From IMG/VR virus record IMGVR_UViG_3300028840_006985: DNA of 64,000 bases, one strand, 5' to 3'. The translations under genes and the position numbers were made by a program. Under the pieces are notes generated by a model. It ran no database searches. It was not told the origin of the DNA and saw only the letters and a program-made list of their open reading frames with translations. Below are positions 16,460 through 26,436 of the stretch, piece after piece. Origin of the DNA: a virus. Its lineage: Duplodnaviria > Heunggongvirae > Uroviricota > Caudoviricetes. Each line of letters begins with the position of its first letter. Within the stretch, counting starts at the first letter, position 1.

Positions 16460-17300
16460 TATTGTTTTAAATATTCAAAAGCGGAAAAAAAAAGATTTTG
16501 TTTCTAAAATCTTTGATGGAATCTCTAAAAGAGAAGATATTATCCTTCCGATGAAATCGTCCGATTTTGTTAAGGTTCACAGTTTTGGACGTCTTTGCCA
16601 GCGAGAAGAATGCATTTGTGCAAAAATAAATTATATTCGCAAAAGAACTTTGGATCCGCGGTTACTTTTTACATTTAACATGGGAAGTGCTTTGGGCGAT
16701 ATGATACGAGATGAGTGGTTAGGACCAGGTCAATATTTAATTGGCGAATGGAAATGTTTATCATGCGGGGTACATATGGGGGATGAATCAAGGATTAGAA
16801 TGCCTTCAAAATGTAAAATGTGTGGTAACGACAAATTTACGTATATAGAGGAGGATGTTGTAAGTAAAAAATATGGTATTATCGGACATCCTGATGCATT
16901 TCTTATTGAAAATTGCCAATATTATATTGGCGAGATTAAAACTGTACGAAGTATTGGTTATACTAATCTTCGGAGATCTGGTTATAGTATAAACTCTATA
17001 GATCCTACATATTTGTTACAGTTAAGGATTTATATGTGGTTAACCCAGTATAATGATGGGATGTTTATTTTTATCAATAAGGATGCTTCACCATTAAGAC
17101 AAACAAATGATTATCTTACAGTTATAAAAGTAAAACACAATCAAGAGATAATCAATGAGAGGGTTATCAATTGGATTGAGTCATTGCGAGATCTTTTAGA
17201 AAAAGGGAAAGTACCTCAGAGGGAAATTTGTATGAGATTGACGGATAAAAGAGCGAAAGATTGTGAAGTAGCTCATCGGTGTTTTTATGGACGATTCTAA
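16446..17300 (+). CDS. PD-(D/E)XK family nuclease (RecB/Cas4-like) with an internal zinc ribbon
   Basis: GHPDAFLIE...YYIGEIKT is a classic D..E.K motif. Zinc ribbon CLSCGVH...CKMCGND. Confidence 0.5.
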   Translation: MELSDIVLNIQKRKKKDFVSKIFDGISKREDIILPMKSSDFVKVHSFGRLCQREECICAKINYIRKRTLDPRLLFTFNMGSALGDMIRDEWLGPGQYLIGEWKCLSCGVHMGDESRIRMPSKCKMCGNDKFTYIEEDVVSKKYGIIGHPDAFLIENCQYYIGEIKTVRSIGYTNLRRSGYSINSIDPTYLLQLRIYMWLTQYNDGMFIFINKDASPLRQTNDYLTVIKVKHNQEIINERVINWIESLRDLLEKGKVPQREICMRLTDKRAKDCEVAHRCFYGRF

Positions 17301-17838
17301 GATTATTGCTGGATTAGATTTGTCATTATCTAGAACGGGAATTGCGGTGCTTTTTCCGGGGTTTATGAGTAATGAAAACTTGATGGATGGGATTTGTTTT
17401 GAGCATATTGTGGTAGCTAAGTTGAAAAATAATGATATTCAGAGTAGGATTGAAAGAATAATTTATATTTCAGATGAAATTATTAAGATTTTAAATAGCT
17501 ATTGCGTTACACATGTTGCGGTTGAGAATTACGCATATGGTCGTGCTGGTTATGGGAGGGTTTTTGATTTGGCGGAATTAGGTGGACATGTAAAATGTGA
17601 GATATTTTCTAAAATGAATATTATCCCTGATATACTTCAGATTTCCACAATAAGGAAACATCTAATGGGCAGATGTAGACGAAATAATCCCAAAGGTCAG
17701 GTTTTAAGTTTTTTAAAAAGAGTAGGTATAGTTGTTAATAATAATGATGAAGCGGACGCTTTTGCAGTAGCATTAAAATTGTTTGATGATATTAATAATA
17801 ATAAAATGCCAAGTTTAAGTAAATATTGGCGAGGATGA
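17287..17838 (+). CDS. ruvC: RuvC-like Holliday junction resolvase
   Basis: IIAGLDLSLSRTGIAVL (RuvC motif GIDPGSRVTGYGV) and NDEADAFAVAL (DAADALAIA). Confidence 0.75.
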   Translation: MDDSKIIAGLDLSLSRTGIAVLFPGFMSNENLMDGICFEHIVVAKLKNNDIQSRIERIIYISDEIIKILNSYCVTHVAVENYAYGRAGYGRVFDLAELGGHVKCEIFSKMNIIPDILQISTIRKHLMGRCRRNNPKGQVLSFLKRVGIVVNNNDEADAFAVALKLFDDINNNKMPSLSKYWRG

Positions 17839-17842
17839 TAAC

Positions 17843-18241
17843 ATGAAAGGATTTAATGCGTGGATAGGCAGTGGAAATGTTGGTCAGCCAATTAAGTTTG
17901 CAACGACCAAAAAACAGGTTCCATGTTGTTCATTTATGGTAGCGTGTGAAAGAAAAGGGGTATTGGTTTGGGTTAGAGTAAATGTTTATGGGGAGAATTT
18001 AGTTGAAAATTGTAGATCAAATTTGCGGGTTGGTGGATATATTCAGGTTCAGGGCGAGTTGATGAATCGGGCAATTACTCTTGACGAAAAAGTTACGGAA
18101 GTAAGAGGAACTGATTTGATATTTCTTAACAGACCGATTAAGGATAATTCAGATTTTACACCTGGCAATCCTTATAAAAATTTTGAACCTAAAAATATTA
18201 AGTATATTCGAAACAAAGAGTTAACATCAAAAAGTGAGTAA
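17843..18241 (+). CDS. ssb: single-stranded DNA-binding protein (OB fold)
   Basis: N.W.G.GNVGQ...F.....V...S...A..R......W..V.V.GE.A.N....L..G..I.V.G.L follows the SSB topology. Confidence 0.55.
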   Translation: MKGFNAWIGSGNVGQPIKFATTKKQVPCCSFMVACERKGVLVWVRVNVYGENLVENCRSNLRVGGYIQVQGELMNRAITLDEKVTEVRGTDLIFLNRPIKDNSDFTPGNPYKNFEPKNIKYIRNKELTSKSE

Positions 18242-18243
18242 AT

Positions 18244-19179
18244 ATGGCTGGACTTGTAAGTAAAGGTGACAAATCTATCATTTTACGAGATGGTAGCAAT
18301 GTGATTGTTACATCGAATACTAGAACCATAAAAGATTTAAGCAATAACGAATTGCGTGAGTATTCAGCTTATATAAGCGAGCGATCCTACAAGGACAATC
18401 TTCACTTAGCTGAGTCATTATTTTATATTTATAAAAATATATTGTATACAAAATGGACAAACAAAGAAACTGGAGAAAAATATAAAAGCTTCACAGAATA
18501 CGTTGAGTGTGAGTTAAAAAGAAGTTTAAGGACGGCTCGATATTTTTTATCAATTTGGACATGGTTTGGAGTTACGGTTGGAAGTGAAAAGGTTTTAAAA
18601 AAATTTGAAACTGTTGGTTGGGGAAAGCTTAAAGATTTAGTAGAGGTTGTTGACGAAAGCAATATGGATGAGTGGTATGAGAAAGCAACAACTTTAAGCT
18701 GTGAAGAATTAGCTGTGGAATGCAGGGCAGCGTTGGTCAGGAAGAGAATAAGTGATGGAACAGTTGATCCAGATGATGAGGAAGTAAAAAAAGCAAATGA
18801 TAATTTAAAACAAATTCGAGGTAGGGGTGATCGTGCAACGATTAAAAGAGATATAAATAATAATAAACCGTTAAAAACAATTACATTTAAAGTGGACAAT
18901 GATCAGCATTCAATGATTAAGGATGCAATGACAAGAGCACACGAGATTAGCGATCGAAGTTTTCGGCCGGAATTGTTTTCATTTATTGCTCAAGATTTTG
19001 TCGCTACTAATATGTTTAAGACGGGCCATGCTAAAAAAAGTGATCTTATAACCTATCTAAGAAAGCTTGAATCCTTATTGCCTCATATTAAATTAATAAT
19101 TGTTGATACTAACGAAGATGAAATTATTTATGGTTTAGATACTTTAAATAAGTGCATAGAATTAGCAGTATCTTCATGA
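18244..19179 (+). CDS. hypothetical protein
   Basis: ORF track. Confidence 0.5.
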   Translation: MAGLVSKGDKSIILRDGSNVIVTSNTRTIKDLSNNELREYSAYISERSYKDNLHLAESLFYIYKNILYTKWTNKETGEKYKSFTEYVECELKRSLRTARYFLSIWTWFGVTVGSEKVLKKFETVGWGKLKDLVEVVDESNMDEWYEKATTLSCEELAVECRAALVRKRISDGTVDPDDEEVKKANDNLKQIRGRGDRATIKRDINNNKPLKTITFKVDNDQHSMIKDAMTRAHEISDRSFRPELFSFIAQDFVATNMFKTGHAKKSDLITYLRKLESLLPHIKLIIVDTNEDEIIYGLDTLNKCIELAVSS

Positions 19180-20003
19180 ATGCATATCCCTTTTTAAAAT
19201 GGGTTGGTGGAAAAAGACAAATTATAGATAAGTTGTTGATTCATATTCCAAACCTGTTTAAGAATTATTATGAACCCTTTTTAGGAGGAGGGGCGTTATT
19301 TTTTACCTTATATAATACTGGGCAACTTAATAATAAAAAAATTTTTTTGTCAGATTTTAATCAAGAATTGATTGACTGTTATGTTGCTATTCGAGATGAT
19401 GTTCAATCTGTTATTTATTATTTAAAAGATCATTATTATGATCATGATTATTATTATCATATTCGAGATTTAGAACCTAATTTTCTTTCTCTTACAGAAC
19501 GAGCTGCAAGAACGATCTATCTCAACAGGACGGGATTTAATGGGTTATACAGGGTAAACAAGAAGGGAAAGTTCAATGTATTGTTTGGGAGATATGTTAA
19601 TCCGACAATTTGTGATGAAAAAAATCTTATAGCTGTATCTAGCGCTCTTAAAGATGTTATTATTTTATGTTGTTCTTTTGTAGAAATTGCGTATGATAAT
19701 ATTGAAAAACATGATTTTATTTATTTTGACCCTCCTTATATTCCCATATCTAAAACATCACATTTTGTTAATTATAATAAAATGGGGTTTAGTTGGGACG
19801 ATCAAGATAAACTTTTTAGAATTTTTTCTTTATTGACAAAAAGAAAAGCATATGCGATGCTTTCTAATTCTTATATTGATTGGGTAATAAAAAAATATCA
19901 AGAGTTTAATCAAAATATTATTTTTGCTAAACGTCGAGTGAATTCTCGAGGCAGCAAACGGGGACCCGTAAAAGAATTGCTTATATTAAATTATGGAGAA
20001 TGA
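19152..20003 (+). CDS. dam: Dam-type DNA N6-adenine methyltransferase
   Basis: FLKWVGGKRQIIDKLL...YYEPFLGGGALFF (E. coli Dam FLKWAGGKYPLL...VEPFVGAGSVF) and catalytic DPPY. Confidence 0.9.
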   Translation: MHRISSIFMNAYPFLKWVGGKRQIIDKLLIHIPNLFKNYYEPFLGGGALFFTLYNTGQLNNKKIFLSDFNQELIDCYVAIRDDVQSVIYYLKDHYYDHDYYYHIRDLEPNFLSLTERAARTIYLNRTGFNGLYRVNKKGKFNVLFGRYVNPTICDEKNLIAVSSALKDVIILCCSFVEIAYDNIEKHDFIYFDPPYIPISKTSHFVNYNKMGFSWDDQDKLFRIFSLLTKRKAYAMLSNSYIDWVIKKYQEFNQNIIFAKRRVNSRGSKRGPVKELLILNYGE

Positions 20004-20251
20004 AATTGATTAACGCATCGATGATTCCTTACAGAAAAGGAAATCTGGACAATAAAGAATTTTATAAAAAGGTTGCTAAGTATTTGATTAATTCAAGTGT
20101 AAATCAAAAGGCTGATCTGATAACAACAATTTTAAAAAACAAAAAAGTATCTTATCCTAGAACTCAATTAGAGGAAATGAGAAGAGAACTTGGTCCAATA
20201 TTAGCAATAGGCATGTTGGCCATAAAATTAAAAGAAGTAGACGAAGAATAG
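20000..20251 (+). CDS. hypothetical protein
   Basis: ORF track. Confidence 0.45.
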   Translation: MKLINASMIPYRKGNLDNKEFYKKVAKYLINSSVNQKADLITTILKNKKVSYPRTQLEEMRRELGPILAIGMLAIKLKEVDEE

Positions 20252-20257
20252 GGAGAG

Positions 20258-21433
20258 ATGAAAATGTTAAATTTTTCAATAAATAAAGATGAATTATTGC
20301 ATTGTGCATCTATGGCTGCAAATGTAGCCATAAAGGAAAAGTATTTTGCATTATTGTCAAATATTTTAATTCAAGCTCGAAGTGGGGTGTTAAATTTTGA
20401 AGCAAATACGATGGATATTAGTGTTTCGTGTTCTGTTATAGTAGACAATGTAACAGATCTTAATATCTGTTTAGATGCTAAATTGTTTTATAATATTATT
20501 AAGAAATGTGATAGTGATACTTTTAATATTCAGATTGATCGAGACAAAAATGTTCTTATTATTAGAAATGGTAATTCAAGATATAATCTTATTTATATTA
20601 ATGGGGCGGATTATCCTGCTAGATTTTATCCAAAAAATGATTCAGTTTTTTTTACTCTTGATAGAAAAGATTTTTCTTTAGCTATTCAAAAGGTGTTATT
20701 TTGTACTTTAAATGCTGGAAGGGCATCTGACGGTGTTTTTATTAAGTTTGGCGATGAATTAATTGACTTTGTAGCTACTGACGGAAAGAGGATGTCGGTA
20801 TTTTCAATAAAAAACAGTACTGAATATACAGATCAGATACAGATTAATAAAAAAAGCTGCGAGAAAATATTAAAACTTATTGAGGGAGAAGGTGATATAG
20901 AAGTTTGCGTTGATCTTGAAAGTGTTGAGGAAAATTTAAAAAGGTTGTTTATTAAATTTGATAATACAATGATCAGTTTACCCTTAAGTAGAGATAATTT
21001 ATATATAGATTATAAAAAAGTTCTTGAAGATCAAGTTGATAAGAGTTTTCCAATATTAGTAGATAAAAAGAGTTTAACTTCGGCTGTTCAACGATTATTG
21101 TTACTATGTGAACCATCTTCTTCGGAAGATAAAATACCTTATAGTGGAACAATTACTGTCAAGGAAAATATGCTTGAACTGGAAACAGATAATTTTAATA
21201 CAGGATCAGCAATAGAGAAGGTAGTTGCGAATTGTAAAGAACAAGAAAATATTGATGATAATTCTATCACTATAGATTACGGATATTTAGCGTCTTTTTT
21301 GTCAAAGGTTAAAAATGATTTAGCATTATATATTAGTCGTAAAAAAAATCGTGAGTTACTCTTTCTTGAAGAGCGTAACCTCACGGAAAGAGGCTATTGT
21401 GGTATTATTATGTCTATTAATAAAGTTGCTTAA
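20258..21433 (+). CDS. dnaN: DNA polymerase III beta sliding clamp (DnaN-like)
   Basis: N-terminal layout as DnaN. NSRYNLIYINGADYPARF matches SRFSLSTLPAADFPNL. ATDGKRMSVFSI matches ATDGHRLAVCSM. Length 391 aa. Confidence 0.85.
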   Translation: MKMLNFSINKDELLHCASMAANVAIKEKYFALLSNILIQARSGVLNFEANTMDISVSCSVIVDNVTDLNICLDAKLFYNIIKKCDSDTFNIQIDRDKNVLIIRNGNSRYNLIYINGADYPARFYPKNDSVFFTLDRKDFSLAIQKVLFCTLNAGRASDGVFIKFGDELIDFVATDGKRMSVFSIKNSTEYTDQIQINKKSCEKILKLIEGEGDIEVCVDLESVEENLKRLFIKFDNTMISLPLSRDNLYIDYKKVLEDQVDKSFPILVDKKSLTSAVQRLLLLCEPSSSEDKIPYSGTITVKENMLELETDNFNTGSAIEKVVANCKEQENIDDNSITIDYGYLASFLSKVKNDLALYISRKKNRELLFLEERNLTERGYCGIIMSINKVA

Positions 21434-21538
21434 AGTGGTTGGTATGCTATATTAATATAATGTAAACGAGACGGGTGTTTTTCATAGTGTAAATATAATA
21501 TTTGAGTTGATTGACGAATTTGTAAACAGGTAGTTTCT

Positions 21539-21835
21539 TTGAATCAGGTTGGTATAGATTTTAAGAGAATTTCGGTTGCATTGCATGGATCTGGTCATAG
21601 AATAGTTTTAAATAATAATAAAAATAAAATATTTCTTATTCCTAAAGGTTTGTGCAATGCATTATGCGCAGAATTAGGAGTTAAGTATGATACATTGCCT
21701 ATGAGGTGGATGTATCTCTTTGGAAGAGATAAATGGTTTTATTTGCAAAAAAAATCATTATCTAATCATATATACAAAACAATTGCTCGCATTCCTATAT
21801 CATCAATTCCGAACTTAATCAAAAAAATAACTTAA
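21539..21835 (+). CDS. doubtful hypothetical protein (TTG start)
   Basis: ORF track only. Start codon unclear. Confidence 0.25.
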   Translation: MNQVGIDFKRISVALHGSGHRIVLNNNKNKIFLIPKGLCNALCAELGVKYDTLPMRWMYLFGRDKWFYLQKKSLSNHIYKTIARIPISSIPNLIKKIT

Positions 21836-21852
21836 AAAAGGAAAATAATAAA

Positions 21853-22371
21853 ATGAGCTTACAAACGCGGATAATATATCCATTTGTAGAAACATGGCAA
21901 GATTATCCTGATTCGGTTAGTAATGCGGTATTGGTTTATTTTGTTGGCTGTGACAATTATTGTAAAGGTTGTCATAATCATCAATTAATTAATTATTATA
22001 ATAATGATGCCAGGTCTATTTTTCTTGGTAATTTTATTGAAGACTTAAACAATATGTGCACAAGGTGTAATACTGATAAAGTAGTTTTAAGTGGCGGGGA
22101 TCCGTTGTATTGTAAAAATGTGGAATTTGTTAAAAGTTTTTTAGTTCAGAACAATTTATCAGTTACTATTTACACTGGTTATGATTATAGTTATGTAAAA
22201 CGATGTGAAATATCTGGTTTTGATTTTATAAAAGTTGGAAAATTTATTCCAGAAGAAAGTCAACCTCCAGCCAAGAGTGACACATTTCTTAGATTAGCAT
22301 CAAAAAATCAAAAGATTTATAATAAAGACCTCATTGAAGTTACAGACGGCAATGGGGTCTTTTTCTTTTAG
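21853..22371 (+). CDS. nrdG: anaerobic ribonucleotide reductase activating protein (radical SAM)
   Basis: VYFVGCDNYCKGCHN matches the NrdG CxxxCxGCxN cluster (E. coli SGCVHECPGCYN). Size 172 aa. Sits immediately upstream of nrdD. Confidence 0.85.
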   Translation: MSLQTRIIYPFVETWQDYPDSVSNAVLVYFVGCDNYCKGCHNHQLINYYNNDARSIFLGNFIEDLNNMCTRCNTDKVVLSGGDPLYCKNVEFVKSFLVQNNLSVTIYTGYDYSYVKRCEISGFDFIKVGKFIPEESQPPAKSDTFLRLASKNQKIYNKDLIEVTDGNGVFFF

Positions 22372-22381
22372 GAGTCAACAT

Positions 22382-24811
22382 ATGAACACCTCTTCAACTC
22401 TGTCTGAATTTGTTTCTAATCCAACAACAACTAGAACAACTACAAATATTACAAATTCTTTAGTACAGTCTTTAACAAGAAAATACAAATTAGGATATGA
22501 TCTTTGGGATATAGTACAAAAAATAATGGCTATTCATGGGTTATCAAATGATAAGTTTGATTTTGTTGGTAATTTAAACAAGGTTTTGTGTAACAGATTA
22601 AATGATGTGAGCATTGATGACAATTCAAATAAGGTTGAAAAAACGTTTGAGGGATTAATACAGGAAGTTGTATGTCCTATTAAAAAATCAGTTGGTTATG
22701 ATTTTTTATATCAAACAATGCGAAAAATATATGGAAAGGAGGAAGCTAAAAGATTAAGCGGGGAGTTGTATGACTTTTCTTTATCATTAAATGATTCAAC
22801 TAAGATATTAATTCCTTACTGTTATTCTTTTAATGCATCTAATATTATATTAAATGGTAGAAAATTTGGTCAATTATATTCTAATCCACCTAAAAGGATC
22901 GAGTCGTATATAGCATGTTTAAATGAAACTATTCATCAAATGTCTCATCATGTCGCTGGAGCTTTAGCTGTTTCTACAATTTTTATAGATTTTTGTCATA
23001 TTTTATTAATAAAAGAAAAAATACCTTATTATGATATTATAAATAATATGGCGGTTCGTAAGAGAATAGAAAACGCCTTTCAAATGTTTGTACATTCGGT
23101 AAATCATTTATCTAGAAACAGCATTGAATCACCTTTTTCTAATATTTCAATCTTTGATAGACCCAAATTGAGAGCATTAATTGAGGGTATGAAATGGTAT
23201 TTTAATGATTTAAATACGAATAATGTGATTGAATATATTATAGCAATTCAAGATATATTTTTAGATTTTTTTGACAAAGGTGATCCATCTAAAAATGGAT
23301 TGCTTTATAGATTTCCTATTTGTACAGTCAATATTTCAAAGAAAAAAAAGGACAATGAATGGGTAGTCGAGGATGATAAGTTTCTTGAGTCAATAGTAAA
23401 AAGAGATATTTTTAGGTATAACATTTTTTCTAGTGAAGGAATAAAAATTGCTAGTTGTTGTTTTAGGGGAGATCAGCAAGTTGAAACAATGATTAATAGA
23501 GATGGAGTGATTTATGCAGATTTACCAACCTTTAAAGAGTTAATAGACGATATAGATGATTGTAACGATCGTAGAGTATATTATAATGGGTGGAAACATT
23601 TTGATAAGGTTAAAATAGGATATAATGATGATTGGATTGAGATTGTTTGTATGGATGGAAAAAAAATAACTTGTACTAAAGATCATTACTTTCCTTGTTT
23701 AAGTTATGAGGAAGGATTAATTAGATATTATGAATATAATAAAAGGGCAGAAGATTTAACAAGTAATGATTATTTAAAAACTTGTTGTAGTTTTATAAAA
23801 ATTAAAAAAGTTAATAAGGTTCAAAACAATGAAGGAGTTGCTTATTGTATTAATATTAGAAATGGTGAACCGTACTTTACATTGGCTAATGGAATTATAA
23901 CTCATAATTGTCGTCTTATTAACGACACAGAGATGTATGAACTAGGTGGGACAATTAATTCATTCGGTGGATCAGCAATATCAATGGGATCTCATCGTGT
24001 AGTTACAATAAATATTAATAGAATTGCTCTTGAGGCTAAAACTTTAGATGATTATTATGCGATTTTAAAGGAGAGAGTTAGAGATACGGCAAAAATTTTA
24101 AAAGCCCATAAAGAATTAATAAACATGACTACAAAGGAAGGCATTCAGATGTTTATTAAAATGGGTTGGATAGCGATGAGTAGGATGTTTTCAACGTTTG
24201 GAATATTGGGAATAGTTGAAGCAAAGGAAAATTTGGAAAAAAAATTTGGAAATAATGGTGATTATATTGAAGAAACTCTTAAATTAATGAATAAATTAGT
24301 TTTTGAATATTCAAAAAAATATGGTATATATGGCAATATTGAACAAATACCTGGCGAAAGTATGGCTGTTCGATTTGCTGAGGTAGATCGGTTATTATTT
24401 GGAGACGAAGCAATACCACAAAAAATATATTCAAATCAGTTTGTGCCTTTATGGGAAAATTCAACGATTTGGGAAAGGATGGCTGAAGATGGCAAATACA
24501 ATCAATTGATTACTGGGGGCGGAATTGTACATGTGCAGGTTGGAGAGAAAACAACCTCACAGCAGTCGAAAAAAATTATCAAATATGCTATTAAGGTAGG
24601 CAATGAGCATTTTGCTTTAAATGCGATCTATACGGAGTTTCAAGATGGTTCATTTATGCTTGGCAAGTATAAAATTAATCCTCAATCTGGCAGTCCTGCT
24701 AGGGAATATTATACAAGAGTTGTTGGTTTTTTTACTCCTGTTGGTAGTTGGAATAAGGTGAGACGAGAATGGGAGTTTCCACAACGAAAGTTCAACGGAG
24801 TAGACGTATGA
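22382..24811 (+). CDS. nrdD: anaerobic (class III) ribonucleoside-triphosphate reductase, intein-containing
   Basis: Start moved to the ATG at 22382, which follows AGGAG. A C-terminal glycyl-radical-like YYTRVVGFF motif. Adjacent to nrdG. No C-terminal Zn ribbon is seen. Confidence 0.7.
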   Translation: MNTSSTLSEFVSNPTTTRTTTNITNSLVQSLTRKYKLGYDLWDIVQKIMAIHGLSNDKFDFVGNLNKVLCNRLNDVSIDDNSNKVEKTFEGLIQEVVCPIKKSVGYDFLYQTMRKIYGKEEAKRLSGELYDFSLSLNDSTKILIPYCYSFNASNIILNGRKFGQLYSNPPKRIESYIACLNETIHQMSHHVAGALAVSTIFIDFCHILLIKEKIPYYDIINNMAVRKRIENAFQMFVHSVNHLSRNSIESPFSNISIFDRPKLRALIEGMKWYFNDLNTNNVIEYIIAIQDIFLDFFDKGDPSKNGLLYRFPICTVNISKKKKDNEWVVEDDKFLESIVKRDIFRYNIFSSEGIKIASCCFRGDQQVETMINRDGVIYADLPTFKELIDDIDDCNDRRVYYNGWKHFDKVKIGYNDDWIEIVCMDGKKITCTKDHYFPCLSYEEGLIRYYEYNKRAEDLTSNDYLKTCCSFIKIKKVNKVQNNEGVAYCINIRNGEPYFTLANGIITHNCRLINDTEMYELGGTINSFGGSAISMGSHRVVTININRIALEAKTLDDYYAILKERVRDTAKILKAHKELINMTTKEGIQMFIKMGWIAMSRMFSTFGILGIVEAKENLEKKFGNNGDYIEETLKLMNKLVFEYSKKYGIYGNIEQIPGESMAVRFAEVDRLLFGDEAIPQKIYSNQFVPLWENSTIWERMAEDGKYNQLITGGGIVHVQVGEKTTSQQSKKIIKYAIKVGNEHFALNAIYTEFQDGSFMLGKYKINPQSGSPAREYYTRVVGFFTPVGSWNKVRREWEFPQRKFNGVDV
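23459..23908 (+). mobile_element. mini-intein (150 aa, no homing-endonuclease domain) inserted in NrdD
   Basis: Begins CFRGDQQVETMI (block A, Cys1) and ends ...NGIITHN, followed by +1 Cys (CRLINDTEM). Extein junction reads IKIASC|CRLIND. Confidence 0.7.
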
Positions 24812-25080
24812 CGAATGAGAAAATTTTTACTATTTTGAATAAATATTCAAAATTTTTAAATAAGAAAGGATATAAATCTCGTGCGATTAAACAGAAATTA
24901 TATTATCCTAACGATATTGACGCAATGGGGCATGTTTTAGTAATGATTCCTAGGATAAAGCAATTTATTAAAGAGGAGAGACGAGAAAAAGCTTTTCGTT
25001 GGCTGGGGTTTGTTCAAGGTATTTTATGGTCTTATGGAGAGTATACAATAGAAGAATTACGTGATCATAATAAAATATGA
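24808..25080 (+). CDS. hypothetical protein (start trimmed to MTNEKIF)
   Basis: ORF track 24769..25080 overlaps the nrdD 3' end. The in-frame ATG at 24808 overlaps the nrdD stop. Confidence 0.4.
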   Translation: MTNEKIFTILNKYSKFLNKKGYKSRAIKQKLYYPNDIDAMGHVLVMIPRIKQFIKEERREKAFRWLGFVQGILWSYGEYTIEELRDHNKI

Positions 25081-25274
25081 GAAAGAGGCCGAATAAAAAA
25101 ATATACAATCTTGGAATTACCTGGTGTTTAAAATGTGAAAAGATGACTAATGATAATATATGGAAAAAAATAAAAGAAGGAATTTTCGTTGGTCAGTGCA
25201 ATTGGTGCAAGACAAGAATGGTTGCCTATATGTATGAAAAAGGTAAAATTGTTGCTGACAAAATAAATGATTGA
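25077..25274 (+). CDS. small zinc-ribbon protein
   Basis: CLKCEKM...CNWCKTRM. Confidence 0.4.
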   Translation: MRKRPNKKIYNLGITWCLKCEKMTNDNIWKKIKEGIFVGQCNWCKTRMVAYMYEKGKIVADKIND

Positions 25275-25292
25275 GTGCAATTGAATTGCACT
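25274..25292. promoter_or_regulatory. palindrome AGTGCAATTGAATTGCACT immediately upstream of the RBS of ORF 25305
   Basis: Reverse-orientation copy (central G) of the motif at 39194 and 40316. Followed by AAGGAG and then ATG. Confidence 0.6.
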
Positions 25293-25304
25293 TAAGGAGA
25301 TTTT

Positions 25305-25565
25305 ATGGCTGCGGTCATTAGAAAAGTACCCTCATTATATGGATTAATTGAGGTGGAGCGAGACGAAGATCCGCCTCGAATGCTTAATGTGGGGGTCATT
25401 ATTAATGGCGGATATATGGTAGAGAATTTTGTCAATATGAGTATTTTACCGTTAGAATTGCAACAGATGATTAGAAATGCTCTTTTTGATAGAAGATCTA
25501 TAGATAATAGGATTGACAAAAAGACAAAACAAGAACTTTATGAGGCTTCTAAAAAGAAAGAATAA
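25305..25565 (+). CDS. hypothetical protein
   Basis: ORF track. Strong RBS AAGGAG. Confidence 0.55.
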   Translation: MAAVIRKVPSLYGLIEVERDEDPPRMLNVGVIINGGYMVENFVNMSILPLELQQMIRNALFDRRSIDNRIDKKTKQELYEASKKKE

Positions 25566-25648
25566 TCAGTAATCTTTTTAAAACGCTGTTTGCAAAGAAT
25601 GGAATTGTTATAATATTTATGATATTCTTTTAATAAAAGGATAAAAAC

Positions 25649-26419
25649 ATGAATGCAAATAGCGTAGAAGTTTTAGACAAGGTAAGCGATAAAGAGTTTA
25701 AAAATTTTAGTACGACTAGAATTTCAAGAAAAAATGGATCTATTTTAGATTCTAGAAAATTAAATCGAAGACGTCCTCGAGTTTATAATAGTCGTATGGG
25801 TCGAAGCATTGTTGAACTAAAGGAGCTTCCATTTGTAGATGAAATTGATTTAATGATCAAGAATGGGTTTACTGATGCTTATATAGTAGAGCATATTCAA
25901 CAAGAGAAACATGCTTTACTAAATTATCCACGAGATCAGCTAATAGGTACAATACAAAAATATCGTGACGAATTACCGCCGTCCAAAGTTGCTGCTCTTG
26001 CAATGCCATCTCAGTTTATATCAAAGATGAAACAATTCAATCAAGGTGTTGATGTTTTAGGCGAATTAAATGATTTGTACCATCTTCATCGTGAACGTGT
26101 TAACATTGCCGTGGAGATAGAAAGGCAAGAACAGATGCTATTGCCTGGCACAGTAAAGGAGATTGCTCAGGCGCTAGAGATACTAAAGGTTATTGGTGAA
26201 ATGCAAATGAATTTGGGACTTACAGAAAGACATTTGGGTACGATTGGAATTGATGCTAATATTATGGCTGTGATAGATCAGGAAATTGACAGAGACTCAA
26301 AGGATGCACTTCAGAATCCTGAAAATCGTCGTAAAATTTTAGAGTTAGTTGATAATTTATCTTCCGTGGATGAAAGTATTTTAAAAGAAGTTTCTGAGAA
26401 GATAAAACATCAATACTAA
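25649..26419 (+). CDS. hypothetical protein
   Basis: ORF track. Confidence 0.5.
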   Translation: MNANSVEVLDKVSDKEFKNFSTTRISRKNGSILDSRKLNRRRPRVYNSRMGRSIVELKELPFVDEIDLMIKNGFTDAYIVEHIQQEKHALLNYPRDQLIGTIQKYRDELPPSKVAALAMPSQFISKMKQFNQGVDVLGELNDLYHLHRERVNIAVEIERQEQMLLPGTVKEIAQALEILKVIGEMQMNLGLTERHLGTIGIDANIMAVIDQEIDRDSKDALQNPENRRKILELVDNLSSVDESILKEVSEKIKHQY

Positions 26420-26436
26420 AAAAGGATTATTGCAAA

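Noticed and set aside
20475-20681. ORF 20475..20681 (+) inside the sliding-clamp gene
   Set aside because: It is an alternate-frame ORF with a Leu/Ile-rich low-complexity product inside the well-conserved dnaN-like gene.
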